DNA from: an uncultured bacterium
GTDB lineage: Bacteria > CSSED10-310
NCBI GenBank assembly: GCA_964512995.1
Contig: CAZELM010000002.1
Span: 18,637 to 82,636, forward strand
Direction: 5' to 3'
DNA length: 64,000 nt
In this document: piece after piece, positions 51,796 to 60,619 of the stretch
Layout: each line of letters begins with the position of its first letter
Numbering within the stretch: the first letter of the stretch is position 1
Position numbers and translations under genes: made by a program
The notes under the pieces: model-generated
Database searches by the model: none
What the model was told of the DNA's origin: nothing
Seen by the model: the letters and a program-made list of their open reading frames with translations, nothing else

Positions 51796-53067
51796 TTGGG
51801 TATCAAATCATTATCCTTCGAAAAAATAATACGTGGTGTATGTTGGATATTTATCGGGTTCGGTTACGTTTTCAGGAAAGATTACAGTACAAATATGTGC
51901 ACAGATAGCTCCAATCGTCAAACTGCTGAGATAAACAAAATGAAACCAGAACTGGAATACAAAGCGATCATTGACTCAATCAGCGATAAACTAATCGTGA
52001 TCAATCATACAATGGCCGTTGTCCTGGCCAATGCAGCCGTGAAAAAATGGCTTTTGGATCTCCATTTCCACACTGACATCGAAAACAAAACGATCTACGA
52101 GGCATTACCATTCCTCCCGATAACGATGCGGAATGATTTTGAAGCGATTTTTGAAAACGGGACTTCAATCGTTGGAGAGGATTCGGTTGTTATCAATAAA
52201 ACAAAGATTATTTTGGAAATACGAAAAGAACCGATCTTCAGAGAGAATCGAGTGCATCAAATACTAATTATTTTTCGAGATATTACAGATCGAAAAGCGG
52301 CCGAAGCCGAGCTTACAGAAGCCCACCGGAACTGCGCTTCCAAAGCAGCAGAGCTTCAATCTATCAACAATGATTTAAAACATTTCAATTATATCGTTTC
52401 TCACGATCTGAAAGCCCCGCTTCGTGCAATCAATACCTATGCTTACTTCCTTCGAAGAGATCTCAATCTGACAGAAGATACACCTGTTGTAAATTACCTG
52501 AAAGGATTAGAACATTCCATACACCATGCTAAATCACTGATCGACGATTTGCTGGAACTATCCCGGCTGGATCAAATCAGTTTTCATTTTCAGATGGTTG
52601 ACCTTGGCAATTTCATTCGCAGTCTTCTGCAGAGCTTCAAACTCTCTTCCGAAATCCAGATCATCATGCCTGACGAATGGCCAATGATACAGCTCGAACC
52701 GGTTCTGATGAGACAACTTTTCCAGAACCTTATTGAAAACGCCATTAAATTCAATGTACGAAATCCCAAAATCATCGAACTGAAGTGGTCCCAAATCGAT
52801 GATAATCATTTTGAAGTACAGGTGCATGACAACGGGATTGGAATTGAACAACGGTATTTGGATAAAATTTTCGGAGTTTTCGAGCGGATCAATACCAGCG
52901 AACAATATGAAGGGACAGGGATAGGGCTGGCGATTGTCAAAAAAGCAGTAGCCAAACTAGGTGGAACGATCCGAGTGGAATCCGAGGTCGGAGTAGGCAG
53001 CACTTTCTATGTGACCCTGAAAAAATCACTCTATCAGGTAATACGCAGCCAATCGAGTGAATCATAA
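51796..53067 (+). CDS. PAS-domain sensor histidine kinase.
   Basis: H-box HDLKAPLRAINTYAYFL, N-box LFQNLIENAIKF and G-box HDNGIGIE / GTGIGLAIVKK. The start may be the internal MKPELEYK. Confidence 0.8.
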   Translation: MGIKSLSFEKIIRGVCWIFIGFGYVFRKDYSTNMCTDSSNRQTAEINKMKPELEYKAIIDSISDKLIVINHTMAVVLANAAVKKWLLDLHFHTDIENKTIYEALPFLPITMRNDFEAIFENGTSIVGEDSVVINKTKIILEIRKEPIFRENRVHQILIIFRDITDRKAAEAELTEAHRNCASKAAELQSINNDLKHFNYIVSHDLKAPLRAINTYAYFLRRDLNLTEDTPVVNYLKGLEHSIHHAKSLIDDLLELSRLDQISFHFQMVDLGNFIRSLLQSFKLSSEIQIIMPDEWPMIQLEPVLMRQLFQNLIENAIKFNVRNPKIIELKWSQIDDNHFEVQVHDNGIGIEQRYLDKIFGVFERINTSEQYEGTGIGLAIVKKAVAKLGGTIRVESEVGVGSTFYVTLKKSLYQVIRSQSSES

Positions 53068-53072
53068 AACCT

Positions 53073-53456
53073 TCATGTGGTATATTTCAATCCAAGTGCC
53101 TGATTGATTGTGGAGATCAGAATATTGAAATCTACGGGTTTCTCCAGATAATAATGAACCCCCAGCGACTCAAGGTGTTTCAATCGCAGTGGAGTATTGT
53201 ACGCTGACATTACAATCACCGGGATATTCAGCGAATACTTTTTTAGATGATCGAGGACCCCATACCCATCTACCTTGGGCATACGCAAATCGAGCAAAAG
53301 CAGGTCGATCTTATCTTTTGACAATTTTTCAATAGCTTCATTGCCGTTCTGAGCTGTCAAAACCCGCATATTACTGTATTCACTATCCAAGCCCTCTTTC
53401 AAACTCCAGACAAAAGCACTTTCGTCATCAACGATTAAAATCGTGATTTTTTCCAT
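53073..53456 (-). CDS. Single-domain response regulator (CheY-like receiver).
   Basis: MEKITILIVDDE, DLLLLDLRMPKVDG and VIVMSAY. The start was moved to the internal Met at 53456; the track ORF extends to 53576. Confidence 0.75.
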   Translation of the reverse strand: MEKITILIVDDESAFVWSLKEGLDSEYSNMRVLTAQNGNEAIEKLSKDKIDLLLLDLRMPKVDGYGVLDHLKKYSLNIPVIVMSAYNTPLRLKHLESLGVHYYLEKPVDFNILISTINQALGLKYTT

Positions 53457-54579
53457 TACCAAACTCCTTCCCAATTTGCTGTTCATCGATGAAATAAGCC
53501 GTATTATTACCTGCATGTCCCTCCGGCATTGTAATGTAAACCGTGGTTCCTTGGCCATGTTCACTTTGTATCTCAATAGTGCTGTTCATTTTTGTCAGGA
53601 TATTGCGAGTGATCACTAATCCAAGCCCTGTACCTTTTTCTTTTGTCGTAAAAAATGGGTTAAACAGATTTTTAAGTTGGTCTCGTGGAATGCCACTTCC
53701 ATTATCTTTGATCTTAATGCAAATACGTCCTCCAAGACGATATAAACTCATTCGGATTTCCGGTGTTTCACAATCAACTAATGCATCTAGCGCATTTGTG
53801 AAAACATTCAAAATAGCTTGATGCAATGCTCGAGAATCGATATATCCATACCGTGCTTCAAATGAAAAATCCGTTTTGATTTTGATCCCTCGATTGAGCG
53901 CATCCAGTTCCGCAATAGTCATGAATGTACCAAAGAATGCCATCAAATCGATATTTTCAGGTTTTGGGTCATCGAACATATTAAAATTTCTCAAAAGTTT
54001 GAGCAATTCTTCCAGTCTGACTATTTCCTCCAGAGTACGTTCAACGTATGTTCTTATGTTTTCGAGCGGAATCTGATCCATGTGTTCCAGTTTGGCTTTC
54101 AGAACCGTCAGAATCGTCTTGATATTATTGACTGGATTACAGATCTCGTGACGCAATCCAGAAAAAATGTACCCGATATTATCCATTAAATTTACAGCTT
54201 CAGCGATCGACTCAAGTCTCGATTTTTCAGTGATATCCTGAAAAAAAAGCCACAATAATGCTCCTTCGGGATGAATGATCCGGTAGTGCAACAACCGTTT
54301 TTCACACTGAACAGTGTTATTTTGAAGCAAGATCGCATTTAATGTGAGTGGTTGGGGAAGAAACAGATCATAAAAAAATATAAAATCACCGCTTTTATTC
54401 AGATTTCGAAAAATATTCTGTGAATATTTATTTTGATGTTTCAGTTTCTGTTTATCATGATCGAGAATAATTAATCCAATGTTTAATGCATCCATGGCTT
54501 GTGAAATCACTTCAAATATCCTGCATTCCAGGTTATTTTCCGGGCAAAACAGATAAGACTGCAAACCGTTCAATCCCAT
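53428..54579 (-). CDS. Sensor histidine kinase.
   Basis: H-box LRHEICNPVNNI and the HATPase motifs DNGSGIPRD and GTGLGLVITRNIL. Confidence 0.75.
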   Translation of the reverse strand: MGLNGLQSYLFCPENNLECRIFEVISQAMDALNIGLIILDHDKQKLKHQNKYSQNIFRNLNKSGDFIFFYDLFLPQPLTLNAILLQNNTVQCEKRLLHYRIIHPEGALLWLFFQDITEKSRLESIAEAVNLMDNIGYIFSGLRHEICNPVNNIKTILTVLKAKLEHMDQIPLENIRTYVERTLEEIVRLEELLKLLRNFNMFDDPKPENIDLMAFFGTFMTIAELDALNRGIKIKTDFSFEARYGYIDSRALHQAILNVFTNALDALVDCETPEIRMSLYRLGGRICIKIKDNGSGIPRDQLKNLFNPFFTTKEKGTGLGLVITRNILTKMNSTIEIQSEHGQGTTVYITMPEGHAGNNTAYFIDEQQIGKEFGNGKNHDFNR

Positions 54580-54671
54580 ATCACACTCTGAAAATCTATC
54601 AATGAGTTGCAGGATTCAGATTTCCGTTATCCAGCTTCCAATGAAATTCATGAGAGAGCCGGAGTTTTCGA

Positions 54672-55643
54672 TTACTCAGCATCACCATTCGGATCCAAAT
54701 TCTGTAAGCAATCTGGGCAGATGCTATGACTGAATTCGGTATCAGAATGCATTCGAAGAAATTCTTCAATCTGTCTCCAATACCCTCCATCATCCCGGAC
54801 TTTCCTGCAAGACACGCAGATAGGCAGCAAGCCACTGAAAGCTCTCACTTTATCGAGGGCTTCTTTTAAATTGAAAATCAAGGTTTCTCTTTCTTGATCC
54901 ATTGCTTTTTGTTCTGTGATATCCCGAGCAACTGAAGCCAAGGCGATTCGATTCCCTTTATCGTCTCGGATGATAGAACACGACAAGGACACGGGAAAGC
55001 GGGATCCATCCTTTCGATTATGCAGAACTTCACCTCGCCACTCCACATCAGCAGACGTCGACAGCAACCGAACAATATTATCATTCTCGTCCCGATGAAC
55101 CCAAATGACTTGACTTGTTTCCCCCAAGATTTCCGACTCAGGATATTTGTACGTGCTGCAAAACATCCGATTCACAAAGATAATTTTCCCGTTCAAATCG
55201 GTGATGAAAATACTGTCATTCACATTCATAATGGCATGCATTAAAAGACGGCTTAACTTTTCGGATTCTTTGAACATGATCGCATTATTAACGGTCAAAG
55301 GTAATACCTTGAGGTAATTTCTATCCATGTCTTTGACTATATAATCATATGCGCCATTCTTCATGGCCTTGATTGCAATTTCTTCATCTCCAGCGCCGGT
55401 AATGACAATAATGGGAATGTTCTTGATTCTATGGATGATATCAAAAGCGTTGCCATCTCCCAATAAATAATCGACCAGAACGATATCGAAAACCTGGGAG
55501 TTCAGAACTTGTTCTGTCGATGCAACTGAATCCACAATCGTGCATTGATAGGGAAGCCCGGATTCCTGAACAAATTGTTGAAATATCATCTGGTCGATGA
55601 GATTATCTTCAACCATTAGTATTCTGGTTGGTTTCCGTGTCAT
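54672..55643 (-). CDS. Response regulator: receiver domain, PAS domain and a C-terminal Cys-rich (CxxC...CxxC) module.
   Basis: ILMVEDNLIDQ / VLVDYLLGDGNAFD form the receiver. A PAS-like middle domain follows. The C-terminal LPICVSCRKVRDDGGYWRQIEEF...ICPDCLQ looks like a conserved zinc-ribbon motif. Confidence 0.75.
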   Translation of the reverse strand: MTRKPTRILMVEDNLIDQMIFQQFVQESGLPYQCTIVDSVASTEQVLNSQVFDIVLVDYLLGDGNAFDIIHRIKNIPIIVITGAGDEEIAIKAMKNGAYDYIVKDMDRNYLKVLPLTVNNAIMFKESEKLSRLLMHAIMNVNDSIFITDLNGKIIFVNRMFCSTYKYPESEILGETSQVIWVHRDENDNIVRLLSTSADVEWRGEVLHNRKDGSRFPVSLSCSIIRDDKGNRIALASVARDITEQKAMDQERETLIFNLKEALDKVRAFSGLLPICVSCRKVRDDGGYWRQIEEFLRMHSDTEFSHSICPDCLQNLDPNGDAE

Positions 55644-55731
55644 GTGGGAATGGTTTTCCTTCTAACTCAATTGAATGAATACAAATGTTAAAATGAACTG
55701 ACCTTTATAATTGCGTCAGAATCCCGTTACA

Positions 55732-56154
55732 TTAATTCATTGGAGGCAACTCCGCTGCACTCCAGTAATTTAACAGATGCTTCATGTTATCTAAGAAGAC
55801 TGAATAATCAAACTGTTTGAGCAGGTATCCGGAGACTCCCAGCCGATAACACTCCAAAATATCCGTAACCTCCCCGGATGTTGTGAGAACAATCACCGGG
55901 ATCAATCTCAACTTGTCATGTTGCTTGACTTCCCTTAACAGTTCCATCCCGCTCAATCTGGGAGTATTTAAATCCAATAAAATAATGGATGGTCGTTTGT
56001 TTTTTATGTTGAGGAGGTAATCCAGAGCTTTCTCACCATCTGAGGCGACCTTCAATTCAATCATACAGTTCAAATCTTTCAACGCCTGTTCAAGATTCAT
56101 GACGTCTGAAACATCATCTTCGACAAGTAGAATTGTTGAAAGGGCTTTCACCAT
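55732..56154 (-). CDS. Single-domain response regulator (CheY-like receiver).
   Basis: ILLVEDDVSDV, IILLDLNTPRLSGMELL and VIVLTTSGE. Confidence 0.8.
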   Translation of the reverse strand: MVKALSTILLVEDDVSDVMNLEQALKDLNCMIELKVASDGEKALDYLLNIKNKRPSIILLDLNTPRLSGMELLREVKQHDKLRLIPVIVLTTSGEVTDILECYRLGVSGYLLKQFDYSVFLDNMKHLLNYWSAAELPPMN

Positions 56155-56178
56155 TTTTACTCCCGTGCTTATTTTCTC

Positions 56179-57357
56179 ATGATGCCGAATCCATGGAAAA
56201 CACCTGTCGTGTATTCTATTCTATTTTTCCATAAACGCAAGTTTGAACGATCAGACGGCTGTCCAATTTTCGACCCGATGTTCACCTCCCAAATGCATAT
56301 GAACCAGCGCTTCCTCCAGATCGATGAATGGCAGAGAGCACGGTCAGACTATGACAAAACTGCTTCCCCTAAAAAAATAAACTTGAAGCAACGGATCGAA
56401 TCGATTAGGTTTTATCAGGGTTTAAGCCCCCAGAGGTATGACAATATTCCGTTTCAATATCGGCATCCTGCTGTCGATAAAGGAGGGACGCCATTGCCAC
56501 GATGTTTTTTTGTCAGTGATTTGCATGGGAATTACGATAGATATCAGAAGCTGTTAGATTGCATCCTCAGAGAGCAGCCAGAGATCGTGTTTATCGGCGG
56601 CGATCTTCTCCCATCGGGTCTACGATCCGTTTCCGATCTTCAAACTGGTCATCCGGATTTCATCCGTGATTACCTGTCTCTTGCTCTCGATTCACTTCGG
56701 ACAACTATGGGAGATCAATATCCTGAAATTTTTGTGATCATGGGGAACGATGATTGCCGGGGAGAAGAGCCGGCGATTACTGAAATGTCGAGTCAGGGAC
56801 TATGGAAATATTGCCATCAACAGCGATATGAATGCGGACGATTCCACATCTACGGCTATTCCTATATTCCACCGACACCCTTTCGGCTAAAAGATTGGGA
56901 GCGTTATGATGTCAGTCAGTATGTGGATCCTGGCTGCTCTGCTCCAAATACCGGAATCCGCACATTTCCCGTTCCCGAAGACGAAATTCAATATTCAACG
57001 ATCAAAGACGATTTGAAAAAGCTGGCGGGAAAAGATGATGTATCCCAAGGCATCTTTCTGTTCCATGCACCACCTTATCGATCAAATCTGGATCGGGCTG
57101 CATTGGATGATAAATGGATCAATATGGTTCCCCTCGATGTTCACATCGGGAGCATTGCCATCGCGAATTTCATCTCATTGAGCCAACCTCTTGTCACGCT
57201 CCATGGTCATGTCCACGAATCCACACGATTGACTGGTTTCTGGCACCAAAAATTCGGGCGTACCCATTCATTCAATGCAGCACATGATGGACCGGAGTTG
57301 GTCTTGATCCGGTTTGATCCGGAAAACCTGGACGAAGCCACCCATCACCTGATCTGA
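56179..57357 (+). CDS. Metallophosphoesterase (calcineurin-like phosphoesterase).
   Basis: CFFVSDLHGNYDRY, FIGGDLL, IMGNDD and LHGHVHE are the MPE metal-ligand motifs. The true start is probably the internal MFTSQ/MHMNQ at about 56278-56293, because only 24 nt separate 56179 from the divergent receiver gene. Confidence 0.7.
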   Translation: MMPNPWKTPVVYSILFFHKRKFERSDGCPIFDPMFTSQMHMNQRFLQIDEWQRARSDYDKTASPKKINLKQRIESIRFYQGLSPQRYDNIPFQYRHPAVDKGGTPLPRCFFVSDLHGNYDRYQKLLDCILREQPEIVFIGGDLLPSGLRSVSDLQTGHPDFIRDYLSLALDSLRTTMGDQYPEIFVIMGNDDCRGEEPAITEMSSQGLWKYCHQQRYECGRFHIYGYSYIPPTPFRLKDWERYDVSQYVDPGCSAPNTGIRTFPVPEDEIQYSTIKDDLKKLAGKDDVSQGIFLFHAPPYRSNLDRAALDDKWINMVPLDVHIGSIAIANFISLSQPLVTLHGHVHESTRLTGFWHQKFGRTHSFNAAHDGPELVLIRFDPENLDEATHHLI

Positions 57358-57394
57358 CCCGTCGCTCCATCAGATCACGTTCGCCGGTTCTCTT

Positions 57395-60300
57395 CTACCA
57401 ATTCCCGCCCGTGTCAGAAAAATCAATCGACCTTTTCTTGAGGGACAATGGTTTCGCCGGATCCGTTATCGCTCCGATTTTAACCGCATAACTGCTCTTC
57501 CGCTCGATATCCGCATCGGTCAGTACCTGAACATCCAGCAGACCATTACTTGCATATCCCGTTCTCAGATAATTCAGCTCTCCAAGGCACAAACTCCAGC
57601 CTTCCAGCCAACTCATCAGTTCTGTTTTCTGTTGCGCTGTTCCTGTGAAATGGATCAGCAGATCAATATCGCTCCCCGCCTGCGCAGTTCCATTTTTCGT
57701 GCTACCGAAGACATATAAAGCCTTGACACCGAATCGATCCGGATCGAGTTCTGAAGCGATTTTTTCCGCCATTCGCATCCGCCATTGCCAATGATCATCG
57801 GACACCTGTTCTGAACTTTCCGACATCAGGGAAGTCGATGGAACAGGAGAAGCAATGGTTTTAACGGAACTGGGCAGCGATAAAAAGCCGACGGCTTCCT
57901 CCAGATCCGCATTCATCAGAATTCTCAGAATTCTTCCGTCATAGGATTTCGGGACATCAATGACCCGGACAGTATCCGCCAGATGCTGATAACTCGGTAA
58001 AATATCAGGAAGAATATTATAGGAGTTCAGTAAGAACCGTTCATTGAATATCACTTCCGGATCATCCGGGTAAAGCGGCAAGTATCGAATATTGGATTCG
58101 ACCAGATCTTGAAAAAAGTGAGTCCCGAAAGACAGCTCAGGAGTATAATTTCCTTTTTTCTTGGCAATTTCGATCAACATCGCCGTTTTATTGAAATCAG
58201 AATAAGTGACCTTGACACCCAGTTTGATATCTCCCCGGCTACCCCATCGACCTGGACCCATCAGGATGAACTGCCGTTTGGGGAGGAGTTTATTGAGTTG
58301 GGCAACGATCCAACCGATAGCATTGAGATCCTCCAGACTGCTGACCTGTGAGTATCTATCCGGATCGACATAAACGATATGCGTGATATCAGGGACTCTG
58401 CCATTGGAAATATACCGTTTGGCGGTGAAGATAATTCTATTTTTAGGAATATCCTGGGGTATTGGGGATGCGCTGTTATCCGATGAATAGCTCTGAGGTC
58501 TGCATTGCAGCAGATAAAAATCCTTGCCATCGGACGCGAATTCGATATCCACTGGGCAATTCAGATTATCTTTAAGAACTTGTAGCACCGAATGAAGTTG
58601 TGAAACGAATTTTGTATCTTTGATCAAACCTTCGAATGTGACAACGAGCGTATCCGTATCATAATCGATGAGCGCTCCAGGCCGCTTGATCTGCCCATCT
58701 TTATATATGGATACCAACCGTTTCAAACCCGGGAATTCCGCTCCGCTCTCACGCAGCAGATCGGTAATCTCCACTGTTTCAAAGCTATTGGTTTCCATAT
58801 TGATCACATCGATTTTATGAGGAGAATAACGAAGCATTTCATCGGGAGATATATTGACCTTCAGATTGGGCTGGCCGGGAGCGATCAGGATCGGGTAATC
58901 ATCACTGAGCCGATCAACCGCACGAGTTCCCAATCCGGGCACAAGCCGGATCAATCCATCTTCTCTTTTGATGCGTGGAGACCATCTGAACTCATTATTA
59001 CTGAACGCGACACCGGCAAAACTGGGCAGGAAGTAGCGTCCCATCTTTGTACCGACGACCTCCTGAAGCAAAATGCCCATCTCTTCGTTGAAATCCAGTA
59101 ATCCACGCTCGGTGCGGTATTGAATCGGATCCGGGCTGAAAGTTGATGCATAAACTTCAGCGATTGCATCCATCAATGCTTCCAGACGCCGTTTCTTGTT
59201 CCCCTGATTGGCAATAAAAAGACTCTTATATTTTCCGGAAAAAGCGGTACCTAGGCTATCCTCTAACAGACTGGAACTCCGGACAATCAACGGTCGATCA
59301 CCAAAATCATCCAGTGCTAAAGCCAGACCTTTTACAATCTCCGGCGGGAAATATGAATTCTTGAACATCTGGATGATCTGGGGATATTCCATCCGGATCT
59401 GATCGATTTCCTTATATTTCTGTTCCACAACATCTTCAAGGTTGTTGTAATGCAAAAAATTAACCAGACTGTCGGATGTGACAAACCAGGTTTTTGGGAT
59501 TTTCACATTGTCCAGGATATCTTTAACTTCTTCCGATTTTCGCAGAATTTTAGAAGCAAGAAATAATCCGGCACTTTTTCCACCGAGCCGGCCGCGGCCT
59601 CCTGTGGGATGAATAATATTCTGCATGAGATCATAAAAATCCGATACTTCAATGAACTGCTTCGCAATATTAATGAATTCCAGTCTCGCGAAGAAGAATC
59701 GACGAATCAGAGAAACCTTCAGACCCTTTTCAGCGGGTGGAGAAATCTCTGCTGCCAGGTTCCGATACCGTGTCAATGCATCCACGATCTCAGCCAGAGT
59801 GCTGCTGTTGTTTTCGATCGTTTTGAGCAAAAAGCTGGCTTTATCTTCCTGTATCCATTTATGAATGAGTTCGAGAATTTCCTTGTCTTCCAGATAATTC
59901 TCTGCCAGCTTGAAAATTTCATCACTCATGTGCAGGATACTGTCCATTGTTTTTCGCTGACTCGGGACATTGGACTCCTCATGCAAATCCAATTCAGATG
60001 CTTTCGCTTGCCCTCCTAGTTTTTTAAGGAGGATGGATGCTTCTTCGTTCCCGCTCCAACAAAGATGATTCATCATCTTGCGTGCAATTTGGATAAACAA
60101 ATTCTGGTCGGTTGTCCGGAGCAGATCAAGGATGACCGGCCAATCTCCGCTTGCTCTTTTTGATGCTTTTTGGGAGGAACTGGATTCGATATCCTGAATC
60201 ACTTCCCGATGTTTGATATAAAAAATCGTATTCCCCAGCCGCTGTCCGATGTTGGCCAGCAGTTTCTGTTCTTCTTCCAGGAACACATCGACGCTATCGA

Positions 60301-60619
60301 TGGGCGGCCGTTGCATATAATAAACACATAATGAACCAAGGATACGTTCCTGAACATTGATATTCGAACACAAGCGCCAGGGGGTTTCGATCACATTGGC
60401 GGTTTGAAAAATCTTGTCTTCATAGACAATGCGAGCGCCACAGATCTCGGGAAACTGAAATCCCAATGGAATGGCTTGCACGACCAACTCAAATTTTTTG
60501 TTAAAATCATAAAACTTGTTGTTTAATATATCTTCGATCTTATAAAGACAATTCAATTCTTTTGTGCGTTCCTGTAGATCTCTATAAATTCTCTGTACCG
60601 ATTGATCTGACATGTTCAT
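57395..60619 (-). CDS. Large multidomain protein: N-terminal sensor-like region, PPDK_N-type ATP-grasp (PEP/pyruvate-binding) domain and a C-terminal minimal nucleotidyltransferase (Pol-beta-like).
   Basis: PPDK_N motifs LGGKSAGL, LIVRSSSLLEDSLGTAFSGKY, ILLQEVVG and LLQCRP. The C-terminus has GVKALYVFGSTKNGTAQAGSDIDLLIHF (GS...SDIDL NTase motif). I see no phosphohistidine swivel motif (TSHAAI). Confidence 0.7.
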   Translation of the reverse strand: MNMSDQSVQRIYRDLQERTKELNCLYKIEDILNNKFYDFNKKFELVVQAIPLGFQFPEICGARIVYEDKIFQTANVIETPWRLCSNINVQERILGSLCVYYMQRPPIDSVDVFLEEEQKLLANIGQRLGNTIFYIKHREVIQDIESSSSQKASKRASGDWPVILDLLRTTDQNLFIQIARKMMNHLCWSGNEEASILLKKLGGQAKASELDLHEESNVPSQRKTMDSILHMSDEIFKLAENYLEDKEILELIHKWIQEDKASFLLKTIENNSSTLAEIVDALTRYRNLAAEISPPAEKGLKVSLIRRFFFARLEFINIAKQFIEVSDFYDLMQNIIHPTGGRGRLGGKSAGLFLASKILRKSEEVKDILDNVKIPKTWFVTSDSLVNFLHYNNLEDVVEQKYKEIDQIRMEYPQIIQMFKNSYFPPEIVKGLALALDDFGDRPLIVRSSSLLEDSLGTAFSGKYKSLFIANQGNKKRRLEALMDAIAEVYASTFSPDPIQYRTERGLLDFNEEMGILLQEVVGTKMGRYFLPSFAGVAFSNNEFRWSPRIKREDGLIRLVPGLGTRAVDRLSDDYPILIAPGQPNLKVNISPDEMLRYSPHKIDVINMETNSFETVEITDLLRESGAEFPGLKRLVSIYKDGQIKRPGALIDYDTDTLVVTFEGLIKDTKFVSQLHSVLQVLKDNLNCPVDIEFASDGKDFYLLQCRPQSYSSDNSASPIPQDIPKNRIIFTAKRYISNGRVPDITHIVYVDPDRYSQVSSLEDLNAIGWIVAQLNKLLPKRQFILMGPGRWGSRGDIKLGVKVTYSDFNKTAMLIEIAKKKGNYTPELSFGTHFFQDLVESNIRYLPLYPDDPEVIFNERFLLNSYNILPDILPSYQHLADTVRVIDVPKSYDGRILRILMNADLEEAVGFLSLPSSVKTIASPVPSTSLMSESSEQVSDDHWQWRMRMAEKIASELDPDRFGVKALYVFGSTKNGTAQAGSDIDLLIHFTGTAQQKTELMSWLEGWSLCLGELNYLRTGYASNGLLDVQVLTDADIERKSSYAVKIGAITDPAKPLSLKKRSIDFSDTGGNW

